DNA of 64,000 nt from Octopus vulgaris (Eukaryota). This document shows positions 1 to 11,800 of this stretch, one piece after another. The notes beneath the pieces were generated by a model that saw nothing but the letters and a program-made list of their open reading frames with translations, did not search any database and was not told the DNA's origin. Numbering within the stretch: the stretch's first letter is position 1; each line of letters opens with the position of its first letter. The stretch lies in the NCBI GenBank assembly GCA_951406725.2, contig OX597814.1, positions 110,484,001 to 110,548,000 on the forward strand. Reading direction: 5' to 3'. The position numbers were made by a program, and so were the translations under genes.

Positions 1-995
1 AGAGCAGCCAACTGGCTTCCGTACCCGTGGTACGTAAAAGGGCACCATTCAAGTGTGATCGTTACCAACGTCACTTCAGTGGCACGTGTAAAAAGATTTG
101 AGCGAGGTCATTGCCAGTACCACCTGACTGACCCCTGTGCCGATGGCATGTAAAAAGCACCCACTACACTCTCGGAGTGGTTGGCGTTAGGAAGGGCATC
201 CAGCTGTAGAAACTCTGCCAAATCAAGATTGGAGACTGGTGCAACAATCTGGTTCGCCAGCCCTCAGTCAAAATTGTCCAACCCATGCTAGCATGGAAAG
301 CGGACGTTAAACGATGATGTGTGTATGGTAGTGTCATTTTCATAAAATGTGCTTGACATTCCATTCTATGTACGTGCAAATCCTAGTGCTTTATGGGTTG
401 ATGTTCAATACTAGGTTACCAAAATCCACGTGTTATCTTACAAACCAGAAACAACATTGCAGATTCCTTTCAAGCTGTGGATATAAAAGGGAGCAAACTC
501 TTCCAAACTTTTCACAGTTTAAATACAAAGCAGGATCGAAAATCTCCAATATCTTAAACGATCAAAGTTGTGACCAGGTGAGGTCATTCAGTATCTCTTA
601 TTATAAAAGGCAGATTTTATCTGCCTCCCTTTGGGAGTTATACAAATCTACAATATAGGATTTCTTCAATTACAATTTACCTAGCAATTTTAAGAGTACA
701 ATGCATCGCGTCATGCCAGGTCCAGTTTTTAAAATTTAAACTCCAATTAAGCAAAATTTACAGAAAACTCACATTCTGGTGTGTGTGTCAAATGCTTTTC
801 TTAGTCTGGTTTACACCACACGCAAACGCACACACACAGTGGGCAACGAATAAAGTGAAACTAGATGTAATATTTGTTTCTCTCTATCACGCTGATAGAT
901 ACATGAGTAAAATGTATGGGAAGCTAACACATAAGTGTGAGTGAAAATGTTCTTGGAAGAGAGTAAATAGCCAGAGATAGTGATTTGAGGAACAC

Positions 996-1136
996 TCATA
1001 CATACATACATACATACATACATGCATACACACACACATACATACATACACACACACATACATACATACACACATACATACATACATACATATACATACA
1101 TACATACACACACACACACATACACACACACACACA
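996..1136. repeat. (TACA)n/(CA)n microsatellite
   Basis: Direct reading. Confidence 0.95.
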
Positions 1137-1369
1137 GTATTGAAGCTTGAGAACAATCAGATACATTTGCAACACATCTGTTGAAAATATTATTGTTCAC
1201 ACACATACATATACATATATACAGACAGACAGACAGATAGACACACACACACATGATCCAGCATGGCCACAACCTCAAGGCTGAAACATATAAAAGAATA
1301 ACAGAATATAAATGTGTGCATGTGTGTGAGAGAGAGAGTGTGTGTGTATATGTATGTATATATATATAA

Positions 1370-1800
1370 TAATGCGGTTTTTTCAACAGCTTGAACTAAA
1401 AGTCAGAGGGGAATGGGATAAACTACTTATATTAACTTGCTATAAAAGCAGGTAGTAATTTTATCTTGTCCTTATTCATAGTGCAAGTTTTGAAGAGTGC
1501 ATTTCGATTTTAACAGCTATTTTTTTCAAAGCTATATTGGAACAGCCTAGAAGACGAGCCTCATCCTGAAAGATCTGTAGAACTCGACAAGGACATCCTG
1601 AAAACCCTGGTGGAACAAAATCTCATCGTAACTGTTGAGGAACTAGCAGAGAAGCTTGGATTTGGTCATTCAACCATTCATTGAGACCTGTGTGCTATCG
1701 GAAAAGTCAGCAAATTGGGTCAATGGGTTCCTCACGAACTTTCCGAGTCTAATTGCATGCAGAGAGTGAATGTATGCTTTTCTTTGCTGTTACATCTCAC
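1370..1800 (+). mobile_element. Mariner (Tc1/mariner) transposase fragment
   Basis: 1544-1789 translates SLEDEPHPERS...TVEELAEKLGFGHSTIH*DL..GKVSKLGQWVPHELSE (WVPHEL motif). Confidence 0.9.
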
Positions 1801-4034
1801 CACTACTGCGCTATGTATATCTATATATATAAAACTGTAGTTGTGTGAGTGTCTGTCCCCTTCGATTTAGATTCCTAACTACTCCCACATTTTGCGGTGC
1901 AGTTTAACCAAATTCGGGTAGCTTATAGTCGTGATTCATATCGAGCCCGTCTGAGTATTAGCGCGCGTCTACGATGAGTCTACGATTTTAAAAATAATTT
2001 AACATCATTTTTTATTCCATTTTAATGCATAATTTTTCGTGTGTCGATGGCGGCGGAGTTGGCGTCCACGCTCACACCTGCACCTGTGGGGAAGGGAGTG
2101 TAAGGAAATCAACGTCGTAATGCGTTGTCAAGGAGACCAGCGTTCTTTTAGAACAACGACTTCATGGCTTGAAGACGCCAAAACAGAAATGGCTAAGAAA
2201 GCGTCTACATGAGTCTACGATTTAAAAAAAAATTTACCATCGTTTTTTTTCCATTTTAATGCATTTTTTCGCTATTATATAAGGGAAGTAACTCTCTAAA
2301 AATGTCTACGATGAGTCAACGATTTTAAAAAAAATTTACCATCATATTTTTTCCATTTTTAATGCATTTTTTGCTATTTTTTGGCTATAACTCTCTAAAA
2401 ATGCTTATATAGTTATTTCCCTTACAAACCCGAGCAACGCCAGGCGATACTGCTAGTGTTACATATTTAATTGATAGTTAAACAATATTGTTATTGTTAA
2501 ATTTATATTTATTGTAAACAAATCAAAGAAAAAGATCCCAACAGAACCCTGGACAAATTTCTTCAAAGGATAAAAAATAAATATCAAATGGAAATTGTAG
2601 TTGTGATCCCTGTGCCGGTGGCACGTAAAAAGCACCATCCGAACGTGGCTGATGCCAGCGCCGCCTTGACTGGCTTCTGTGCTGGTGGCATGTAAAAAGC
2701 ACCAACCGATCGTGACCGCTGCCAGCCTCCCCTGGCACCTGTGATGGTGGCACATAAAAAGCACCCACTACACTCACGGAGTGGTTGGCGTTAGGAAGGG
2801 CATCCAGCTGTAAAAACTGCCAGATCAGACTGGAGCCTGGTGCAGCCTCCTGGCTTCCCAGACCCCGGTCGAACCGTCCGACGCATGCTAGCACAGAAAA
2901 CGGACGTTAAACGATGATGATACCAGATAAGCCACCTACATACACCTGGATACATCTCAGTAAACAACAACTCCCTATTTGAATGGGCCGTGATACCACA
3001 AAACTTAGCAGGTCTTATTAGATGATGCTATCAAATTAGACATGGCCTGGGCCAATCTTAGGCTGAAACATATCTAAGTGCAAAATTTGTTTTCTTTAAT
3101 TTTCATTGTCAGTTTGTGTCAACTATTCCATGGTGGAAATGAAGACACTTGGCCTAGTTTGGGTTCTGCTCATATGATTGCAAGATGGTGGCTTCAATTC
3201 CTAGAGAGGTTAGTGTATTGTGTTCTTGAGCAATACATACATACTTGCATGCATACACATACATATGAAAGTCTATCAAATTCATTCACAAAGCATTGGT
3301 TGGCCTCTCAGGTTAAAGCCAAAGACACTTGTGCAAGTGGGACTGAACCCAAAGTCATGTAGTTGGGAAGCAAATTTCTTGACCACACAGCTGTGCCTGC
3401 ACCTCTACATCATCATCATCGTTTAACGTGTTTTCCATGCTAGCATGGGTTGGATGGTTCGACCAGGGTCTGGGAAGCCAGAAGGCTGCACCAGGCTCCA
3501 GTCTGATCTGGCAATGTTTCTACTGCTGGATGCCCTTCCAAACGCCAACCACTCCGTGAGTGTAGTGGGCGATTTATACGTGCCACCTGCACAGGTGCCA
3601 GGCGAGGCTGGCAACGGTCACGATCGGTTGGTGCGTTTTACGTGCCACCGGCACAGGGATCACAACTACAATTTCCATTTGATATTTATTTTTTATCCTT
3701 TGAAGAAATTTGTCCAGGGTTCTGTTGGGATCTTTTTTTTTTATTTGTTTACAATAAATATAAATTTAACAATAACAATATTGTTTAACTATCAATCAAA
3801 TATGTAACACTGAATAACCTCACCCGGTCACAACTTTGATCGTTTAAGATATTGGAGATTTTCGATCCTGCTTTGTATTTAAACTGTGAAAAGTTTGGAA
3901 GAGTTTGCTCCCTTTTATATCCACAGCTTGAAAGGAATCTGCAATGTTGTTTCTGGTTTGTAAGATAACACGTGGATTTTGGTAACCTAGTATTGAACAT
4001 CAACCCATAAAGCACTAGGATTTGCACGTACATA

Positions 4035-4634
4035 GAATGGAATGTCAAGCACATTTTATGAAAATGACACTACCATACACACATCATCGTTTAACGTCCG
4101 CTTTCCATGCTAGCATGGGTTGGACAATTTTGACTGAGGGCTGGCGAACCAGATTGTTGCACCAGTCTCCAATCTTGATTTGGCAGAGTTTCTACAGCTG
4201 GATGCCCTTCCTAACGCCAACCACTCCGAGAGTGTAGTGGGTGCTTTTTACATGCCATCGGCACAGGGGTCAGTCAGGTGGTACTGGCAATGACCTCGCT
4301 CAAATCTTTTTACACGTGCCACTGAAGTGACGTTGGTAACGATCACACTTGAATGGTGCCCTTTTACGTACCACGGGTACGGAAGCCAGTTGGCTGCTCT
4401 GGCAACGATCACGCTCGGAATGGAATGTCAAGCACATTTTATGAAAATGACACTACCATACACACATCATCGTTTAACGTCCGCTTTCCATGCTAGCATG
4501 GGTTGGACAATTTTGACTGAGGGCTGGCGAACCAGATTGTTGCACCAGTCTCCAATCTTGATTTGGCAGAGTTTCTACAGCTGGATGCCCTTCCTAACGC
4601 CAACCACTCCGAGAGTGTAGTGGGTGCTTTTTAC
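4035..4634 (+). repeat. Direct duplication of ~217 bp (4035-4251 and 4418-4634)
   Basis: Apparently identical copies at an offset of 383; both begin at GAATGG. Confidence 0.9.
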
Positions 4635-5092
4635 GTGCCAAAACAAAAAAATAGTTAAAAAATCTTAGTATATAATGGTGGCAAGTTTTACCTCAACTAG
4701 AAAGTCATTAATGGAACTATTAGTCCTCTTGCATTCTGGGGGGTATCGGAGCGTTTGAGTGACATTAGACCCCCAACAAACACTCATAAATTAAATGCAT
4801 CTATCTGGGCCATGATCGGGGCCTGTTGACCTTGCCTGACGGCCACAATCGTGGCCCGTTATGCTTTATGTGTTAAAAAGGGTGAGTATTTAAGTTTTAG
4901 CTCTGTGGCAGAATTTCTCTCTACAGCAATTGTTGTCTGGCTATTAATTGAAACTAAAGAGAGAGAGCCATCCCTACAAATGAATAGGGTTTGGTAACAA
5001 GAACTATGCTTTTACAAATTGTTTAAGCCTTTAGCATTAAAATTATTTCAGTATTAAGTTTTCTTGTCCTTTTGGTATGTCTCTCTTTCTAT

Positions 5093-5310
5093 AATAATAA
5101 TAATGAAATTATTGTATACAGTGCTTAGATGCACCACAACTTGTCAAACAGTGCGTATAAAGTATATGCAGTCTCAGGAAGAATGGAAGTTTTGAAGGAT
5201 GCAGCGCTCCGACAACTAACAACTGATGCCAGCAGTTTGTTCCATACTTCAGCAACTCTTAGCATGAAAAATGTTTCCGAAAGTCATGGGAGCTGTGCTG
5301 TTTTCTTCTT
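5093..5310 (-). mobile_element. CR1-clade LINE 3' end
   Basis: Decayed RKQHSSHDFRKHF..RVAEVWNKLLASVVSC..SFK followed by a (TTA)n tail. Confidence 0.75.
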
Positions 5311-5705
5311 AAATATGTGGTTTTGACAGTTTTTACTTCATTTTATTACTTGGAAACGGGTAAAGGTTGGTAACAGGAAAGGCATCCAACTATAGAAAGA
5401 CTCCTTCACTGAATTCTGTCTGACTCATGCAAACATGAGTTCAGATGATATGATATTCATTGCAATGATGATGATGATGATAGTTATTTACAATCCAGAT
5501 TAAAGCAAACTCTGAAAACAAAATATTATTCCATTTGAAAAATTGCAAACGTAAACTATAAGCCACACTGAGAAGACTAAATATGTTGTTTAACCTCCTA
5601 TGTACATATTAATAAACACCATAACTGCATAGAAATAAGCAAAATATTGTCATTAATAATGATACAATAAGGCACTGGTAAAAACAAAGGAATTTATTTG
5701 GTAAA

Positions 5706-5861
5706 CTACAAATTTTCCTTCATCACTTTTTTGGAGTAATCATCTAAGACTTGAAGAGCTCGGCAATGGATTTTCACTCCGTATGGTGTCAAAACTGAGG
5801 ACAACATAAAGGAGAGTTTATCAACGTCGCCAGGGTCTTCTACAGCCAGGAATAAATGAAA
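5706..5861 (-). CDS. MIase-like gene terminal exon (FHLFLAVEDPGDVDKLSF...KKVMKENL*)
   Basis: Polypyrimidine tract plus TAG acceptor; TAG stop; AATAAA just downstream (5698-5693). Confidence 0.85.
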   Translation of the reverse strand, partial: FHLFLAVEDPGDVDKLSFMLSSVLTPYGVKIHCRALQVLDDYSKKVMKENL

Positions 5862-8843
5862 CTAAAATAGAAAAAGAAAAGAAAAACAATCAATTCAAAT
5901 ACATTAATAAAAAGAGTTTTCATGCCAAACAACAAAAGACATTTAAATTAAGGTAAAATCACAGTAAATGTCAAGAACAAATAGTTCTTTAAAACAAATT
6001 CCTGGTTTCTCTAATTATCCGTTGATTAAAATATTGCTGAAAATTTAAGATTTCTCTATGTCTCCCATTCATTCTCTCCCTTGTGCCATACAAGTGTTGG
6101 CAATTATGGACCTCTTCAGCAAATTGAAAATTCATGATTTTCCTTGAGCAAGATACAGCAGTGGTTCCCTGTTGCCTTCTGCCAGTTTACTTAACTAGGC
6201 TCCTCCTCTCATTAGCCTTGAGGTATAGGGCCTATTTAGCCCTTATGCCAGAGGACTAAGTTCATATGACATTAAAGTATGTTCACAGACTAATGAACAC
6301 AAGTGACATCTATAAGACCTATATTTGTTGAGCCACAGGACCATCTTCTGCTATCTGACCCTAACTGGGACCCTTGACAAGTTCCACCACTCCAGATCAG
6401 CTAACTTCAAATACCTCTCACAAATTAAATTTAGGATCTACACTAATTAAATATGACTGATAAGTCAAAAAGTGGCAACCTGAATGTAAACAGACAAAGC
6501 TATTCCACTATCATGAGCAACCTTTGGCTAACATGGCTTTATGAAACAATATAAATCAGGCGGCGCTACTAAAAGAAGAATTTAACAAACATCATAAATG
6601 GTTATATTTTCACTGATTGATAATTCAGGAAATCAACCAGCTCCACCAAACCTTTATTGTGAAAAATCCTGAATGAATGAGAGGGAGAGAAAGAAATGAA
6701 ATCATTTAAATTAACCAAACCAGACCTAGCAATTATGTTACAAAATTTTAGTAAAAAAACTGTTATATAATGATATCAAATGTGCCATATAATGTGTTAT
6801 AAGAGTCCACAAGCTGCCCAAGTTCAGGTCAAGACTAATGAAATGAAACCAAATTATTTTGTAAAATAAAAGTTTCTCCACCTTTTGTTCAGCAACAACT
6901 TTGTAGATGTCCATCTCAAGATGTTGTTGAGCTCGGTAGCTCAGTACAACTGAAGCACCATCTTTCCATTTCTCAAGAGTTTCATTCACTGTGTCACCTG
7001 AAACGAAAACATATTACAATAAATTTTTTTTAAACAGAAATATTTTTTTTTTCAAACTACAAATCAATATATTGTATTTTACCTAAAAATATAAAATATA
7101 TTTGCACAATGGCATTTATTTTTATAACAGGGGATGCTGTTTTACATTTTCATGTATTTAATACTAGGATTTTAGGTAAATATGGACATTGTGCCGGTGG
7201 CATGTGTAAAAAGATTCGAGTGAGGTCGTTGCCAGTACCGCCTGACTGGCCCCCGTGCCAGTGGCACGTAAAAAGCACCCACTACACTCTCAGAGTGGTT
7301 GGCGTTAGGAAGGGCATCCAGCTGTAGAAACTCTGCCGGATCAAGATTGGAGCCTGGTGCAGCCATCTGGTTCACCAGTCCTCAGTCAAAATCGTCCAAC
7401 CCATGCTAGCATGGAAAGCAGATGTTAAACGATGATGATGATGATGATTTACACTCCGTCAGACACTGTTCTAATGCAAGCAATAATAAAAAAGATGGGA
7501 CAACTATTTTTGGTCAGACAGAAGAAAGAAGTTTAATGGATATAGTACAGCTTGGATTAAGATTAAGTGATTAGTAGCTCAGGCAGTTTGATTTCAAAAG
7601 CTAATATAATATCCATTCAAGAATACAGATTAAATCTACATCCCTGATTAAAAAGGAGCCTTCTCATCATTATCATTACCAATTAATGTCTGTTTTCCAT
7701 GATGGCATGGCTTGGAGAGTCTGAGAGGATCTGGCAAGTCAAAGAGTTGTATTGTGCTCCAATGTTTGTTTCAGCAAGGTTTCTACAGCTGGATGCCCTC
7801 CTAGCACTCAACCACTTTACACTGTGTACTGGGATGCCCTTTTTGTGCTACCAGCATTAGTGAGGTTGCCAAGTAACTTGCAAGACAGGAAAAAGACCCC
7901 TTCAGCTAAGTGGAGGGGAAGAGTCTGAGAGAAAAAGATGTGGTTTTTATGTCAGGTATCGGGGTGGGGGAGACATATGAAAGGGGCAAGCATAAAGTGT
8001 CTTGCTATAGTGAAGATACATAGCTATATAATTTAATCAAAATTAGATTATAAAAAAAAAAGGGGGGGGTTAAAGTAATTAAGAAATTATATGTGAATAA
8101 TTAATAAGATGAAATACGTTTCTCTCTGCATAATCACAAAGATAACAATATAGAGATCTATCTCAAACAACACAACCAGATAATAGCAAGTTAAAAAAAA
8201 AAAGGGGGGGGGACACAGATGCATTGAAAAGCCACCAAATCTTGCAAAAATAAATGGAAACTATAATTGGAGGAAGACCATTTCCCAAAAAGTTTGTATC
8301 ATGACTAAATTAAAGTATCTTTGAAGAAAAAGAAAAAAAATATGAGAAAGAAACTAGACATATGCAATTAAGACAACATCATCATCATCGTTTAACGTCT
8401 GCTTTCCATGCATGCATGGGTTAGACAGTTTGACTGAGGTCTGGCAAGCCAGAAGGCTGCACCAGGCTCCAATTTGATCTGGCAAGGTTTCTACAGTTGG
8501 ATGGCCTTCCTAATGCCAACCACTCTGAGAGTGTAGTGGGTGCATTTTACGTTCCACCGACACAAGGGCCAGTCAGGAAGTACTGGCATCAACCATGCTC
8601 AAATGGTTCTTTTTATGTGCCACGGGAGCCAGTCAGGCAGCACTGGCAATCACCACACTCAAATGGTGCTTTTTAAGTGTCACCGGCACAGGAGCAGTCA
8701 GATGGCACTGGCAACGACCATGCTTGAATAGTGCTTTTTACATGCCACCAACATGGGAGCCAGTCAGGCAACACTAGCAATCACCACGCTCGAATGGTGC
8801 TTTTTACATGCCACCATAAAAAGCACCGTTAAATTAAAACAAC

Positions 8844-8874
<31 letters not shown>

Positions 8875-11800
8875 GTTTAACGTCCGTTTTCCGCGCTAGC
8901 ACGGGTTGGACGGTTCGACCGGGGTCTGGGAAGCCAGGGGCCGCTCCAGGCTCCAGTCTGATTCTGGCAGAGTTTCTACGGCTGGATGCCCTTCCTAACG
9001 CCAACCACTCCGTGAGTGGATTGGGTGCTTTTTACGTGCCACCTGCACAGGGGCCGGGGGTCCGGCATCGGTCACGATCGGTTCGAGCTTTTAACGTGCC
9101 AGGGACACGGGGGCAACGGGATGCGGATAGAGTTGAGTTGGGGGGGTCCAGCTGAGAAAGGTTTCACCAGTGAAAAGAGAGGGAGAGATAATAAAGGGGT
9201 GCAGGTAATATAGGGGAGCACCAGTGGGGAAGGTTGGGGGAGGAGGAACGATGGCAGGAAGGGTTGGTGAAGGTTCGTAAGAAATATAAACGTAGGATGT
9301 GTATATATATATATGGGTAGGTGTGGGGAAGGTTGGGTGGGTAAGGAGGAACGATGGCAGGAAGGGTTGGTGCAGGTTCGTAAGAAATAAAAACGTAGGA
9401 TATTACGAGGCATGGAGGGGACTGGAAGGAGATAGTAGGATTGAGGCAGTGTCAGATTCAAAACAGGAGGAAGCGTAAGATCAGAGGGCGGTTGATGAGC
9501 TGAGACGCTAGCAGCTTGTCTTTTCTCAGTGAAAGCATATGAGGAGAAGGGGTAGGAAGGGGTGGTGGGGGAGGAGGAGGGAGTATCCGGTGTAGATGGT
9601 GAGAACAGTGTTCACCGGTATTGGTGGTATTGGCGGTGGGGGGGGGGTATTGCTGGTGGGGGTGTGGTATTGGGGTGGGGGGTGGTAAGGGGGGGTATTG
9701 GTGGTGGGGGTGGTATTGGGGGTGGTATTGGTGGTGGGGGTGGTATTGGTGGTATTGGTGGTGGGGGTGGTGGTATTGGTGGTGGGGGGGGTATTGGTGG
9801 TGGGGGTGGTATTGGTGGTGGGGGTGGTATTGGTGGTGGGTGGTGGTATTGGTGGGGGTGGTATTGGTGGTGGGGGTGGTATTGGTGGTGGGGGTGGTAT
9901 TGGTGGTGGGGGTGGTATTGGTGGTGGGGGTGGGAGGGCGGGCGCACCGCGCAATGGGAGAAGATGAGATTTTTAGGCGGCAGAAAGAAAGACAGGATTT
10001 GAGATGGAATGCTTTGCGATCGTGTGCATAAGTTTCTATGAGTGGAAGTTGGGAAAAGATGGGTTAGAGAATTTAGCGACAGAAAGAAAGACCAAATTTG
10101 AGACGAGATGTTTTTGCGAAGTTTTTGTGAATGAAAGTTTATATGCTTCAGCTAGCATTTGAGACGAAAGACAACGATAACGCCAATATATGGGGAAACA
10201 ATAATAATAAGAAGGCTTGATGGTGATGATGATACTTGCAAAAACAATGAAAAGAAGGAACAGGACTTAGCTGATATTTTTCATCCTGCGTATTGGCTAA
10301 GCCTGTGGAAGCGAAAATGTAAAAAAATTCTGTGACCGTGATTTTTGTCAGGGAGAAAATCTCTTCATTACAAGTGTTAAAAGCACAATATACAGAGCAA
10401 TGCAGAATGAACATCATCATGAGAACATTAGATGCATTTCACCGTTTTTGAGGCTTGTCAGTAACATGTACTAATTTATCACATACCTAAACAAAACTTG
10501 TAACTTTCTGGAGTGTATATACATTTAGTACGAAAAATATGTGACTATTTTAATTTAATGTTTCAATTGTGTTCACTGAGGTTTTCTACATCCTGGTTAG
10601 CTCCAGTAAACATTTTATTCACTGTTTCTTACATATTGAGGAATGAATTTCATTTGGGCAGGTGACAAAAAGGTACATGTTATTGACTAGCCTCAAGGAA
10701 AATGAAAGGTTCCCATGAGTCACTGGTGCAATGATGTCCATTTCATTTCAATATATATGGATGTTTTTAACACAAGTCTATGAAAGGATTTTCTCTCAGG
10801 TAAAAACCATAGCATCATGCCTTTCAACAGAGTAACTATTTTTAGGTGAGCAACAGTCCCACTGATATACATTGTATTTTTAAACACAGTACATCTATTA
10901 GAGATTTTATTTTAGGCGAAAACTGCACTAACTTGCCTGTCAATGGTGTATATATGATTTTAAATATGATAAACAGATAGCTATTTCAGTTTAATACTCG
11001 TATACACCAGATTATCTATTCATTGTCTTCTGTATCAGAGGTGACAAATCTCACTAGGTATGTGGCTGGCTGCAAGTAGACATCATTGACAAGGCCAAAC
11101 AAAGCCAAAATGCATCTGGTGTTCTCATTAGCTGTGCCAGGAAGATTGTTTTTTTGTCTCATTCTGCTATATATTGCCTTTTTAAACATAGCATATCCAT
11201 AAGAGATTTTATCTTGGATGACAACCCACAGCAACTTGCCTCTCAGCAGTGAATATATATTAAGTACACAGATGGCTATGTTAAAATAAGTGGAGTATTT
11301 TTAAAACTAACTGCAATATATACCAGTAGCTTCTTTTTGTTGATCTCCAGTGCAAGTCAGAAAGACTGAGCACTGCAATTTTACACAAAATGAAATGATG
11401 AAGAAAAATCAGATTTTTTTTATCAAACAGCAAAAGCTAAATTTGCTTAGAGAACCATCATCATCATCGTTTAACATCTACTTATTGCCCAACGATTGAA
11501 GGGTACTCTTAAATGGGCCAGTTATGCGACACTGGCCTAGACCATGGCTACGGTCTCACTTGGCTAGCTGGGTCTTCTCAAGCACAGCATATCTCCAACC
11601 AAAATAACAAAAGAGCTAGAAAGTGTTTCAATAATTTGTAAAATTATCATCCTTTTACATCCATTTACCCATGCTGGTATAGGTTAGAAGATTCAACAAA
11701 TAGGGGAACAACATCTTACTCAAATGTTTGATTTGACATAGTTTCTACAGCTGAATGTCCTTTCAAATAACAACTACTTTACAAAGTGTACAAGGCACCT

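Larger units (their letters stand above)
594..2456 (+). mobile_element. Composite non-autonomous Helitron (two 5' TC ends, one 3' CTAG end)
   Basis: A|TCTCTTATTATAAAAGG at 594; second start TCTATATATATAAAACTG at 1820; subterminal CCCGAGCAACGCCAGGCG then CTAG|T at 2453-2456. Confidence 0.75.
1..4400. repeat. Large inverted duplication (left arm 1-592 plus 2457-~2920; right arm ~3412-4400)
   Basis: 1-592 is the near-exact reverse complement of ~3809-4400 (mirror ORFs 164-379/4022-4237 and 347-658/3785-4054). 2457-2920 mirrors ~3412-3810. Confidence 0.93.

Noticed and set aside
811-1386. 191-aa ORF and similar CVCMYV / IYIYIY ORFs across the window
   Set aside because: Microsatellite translations
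8560-8815. Regularly spaced repeats resembling a CRISPR array (also 22190-22420 and 49110-49300)
   Set aside because: The spacers are homologous to one another, the context is eukaryotic with no cas genes, and the units are RTE 3' UTR modules
9526-10031. Pro-, Gly-, Trp- and Val-rich ORFs in several frames
   Set aside because: All are translations of a single G-rich minisatellite; no splice or codon evidence
11016-11234. 72-aa minus-strand ORF inside intron 3 of the MIase-like gene
   Set aside because: No convincing splice sites, no recognisable motif, and not needed for the reading frame
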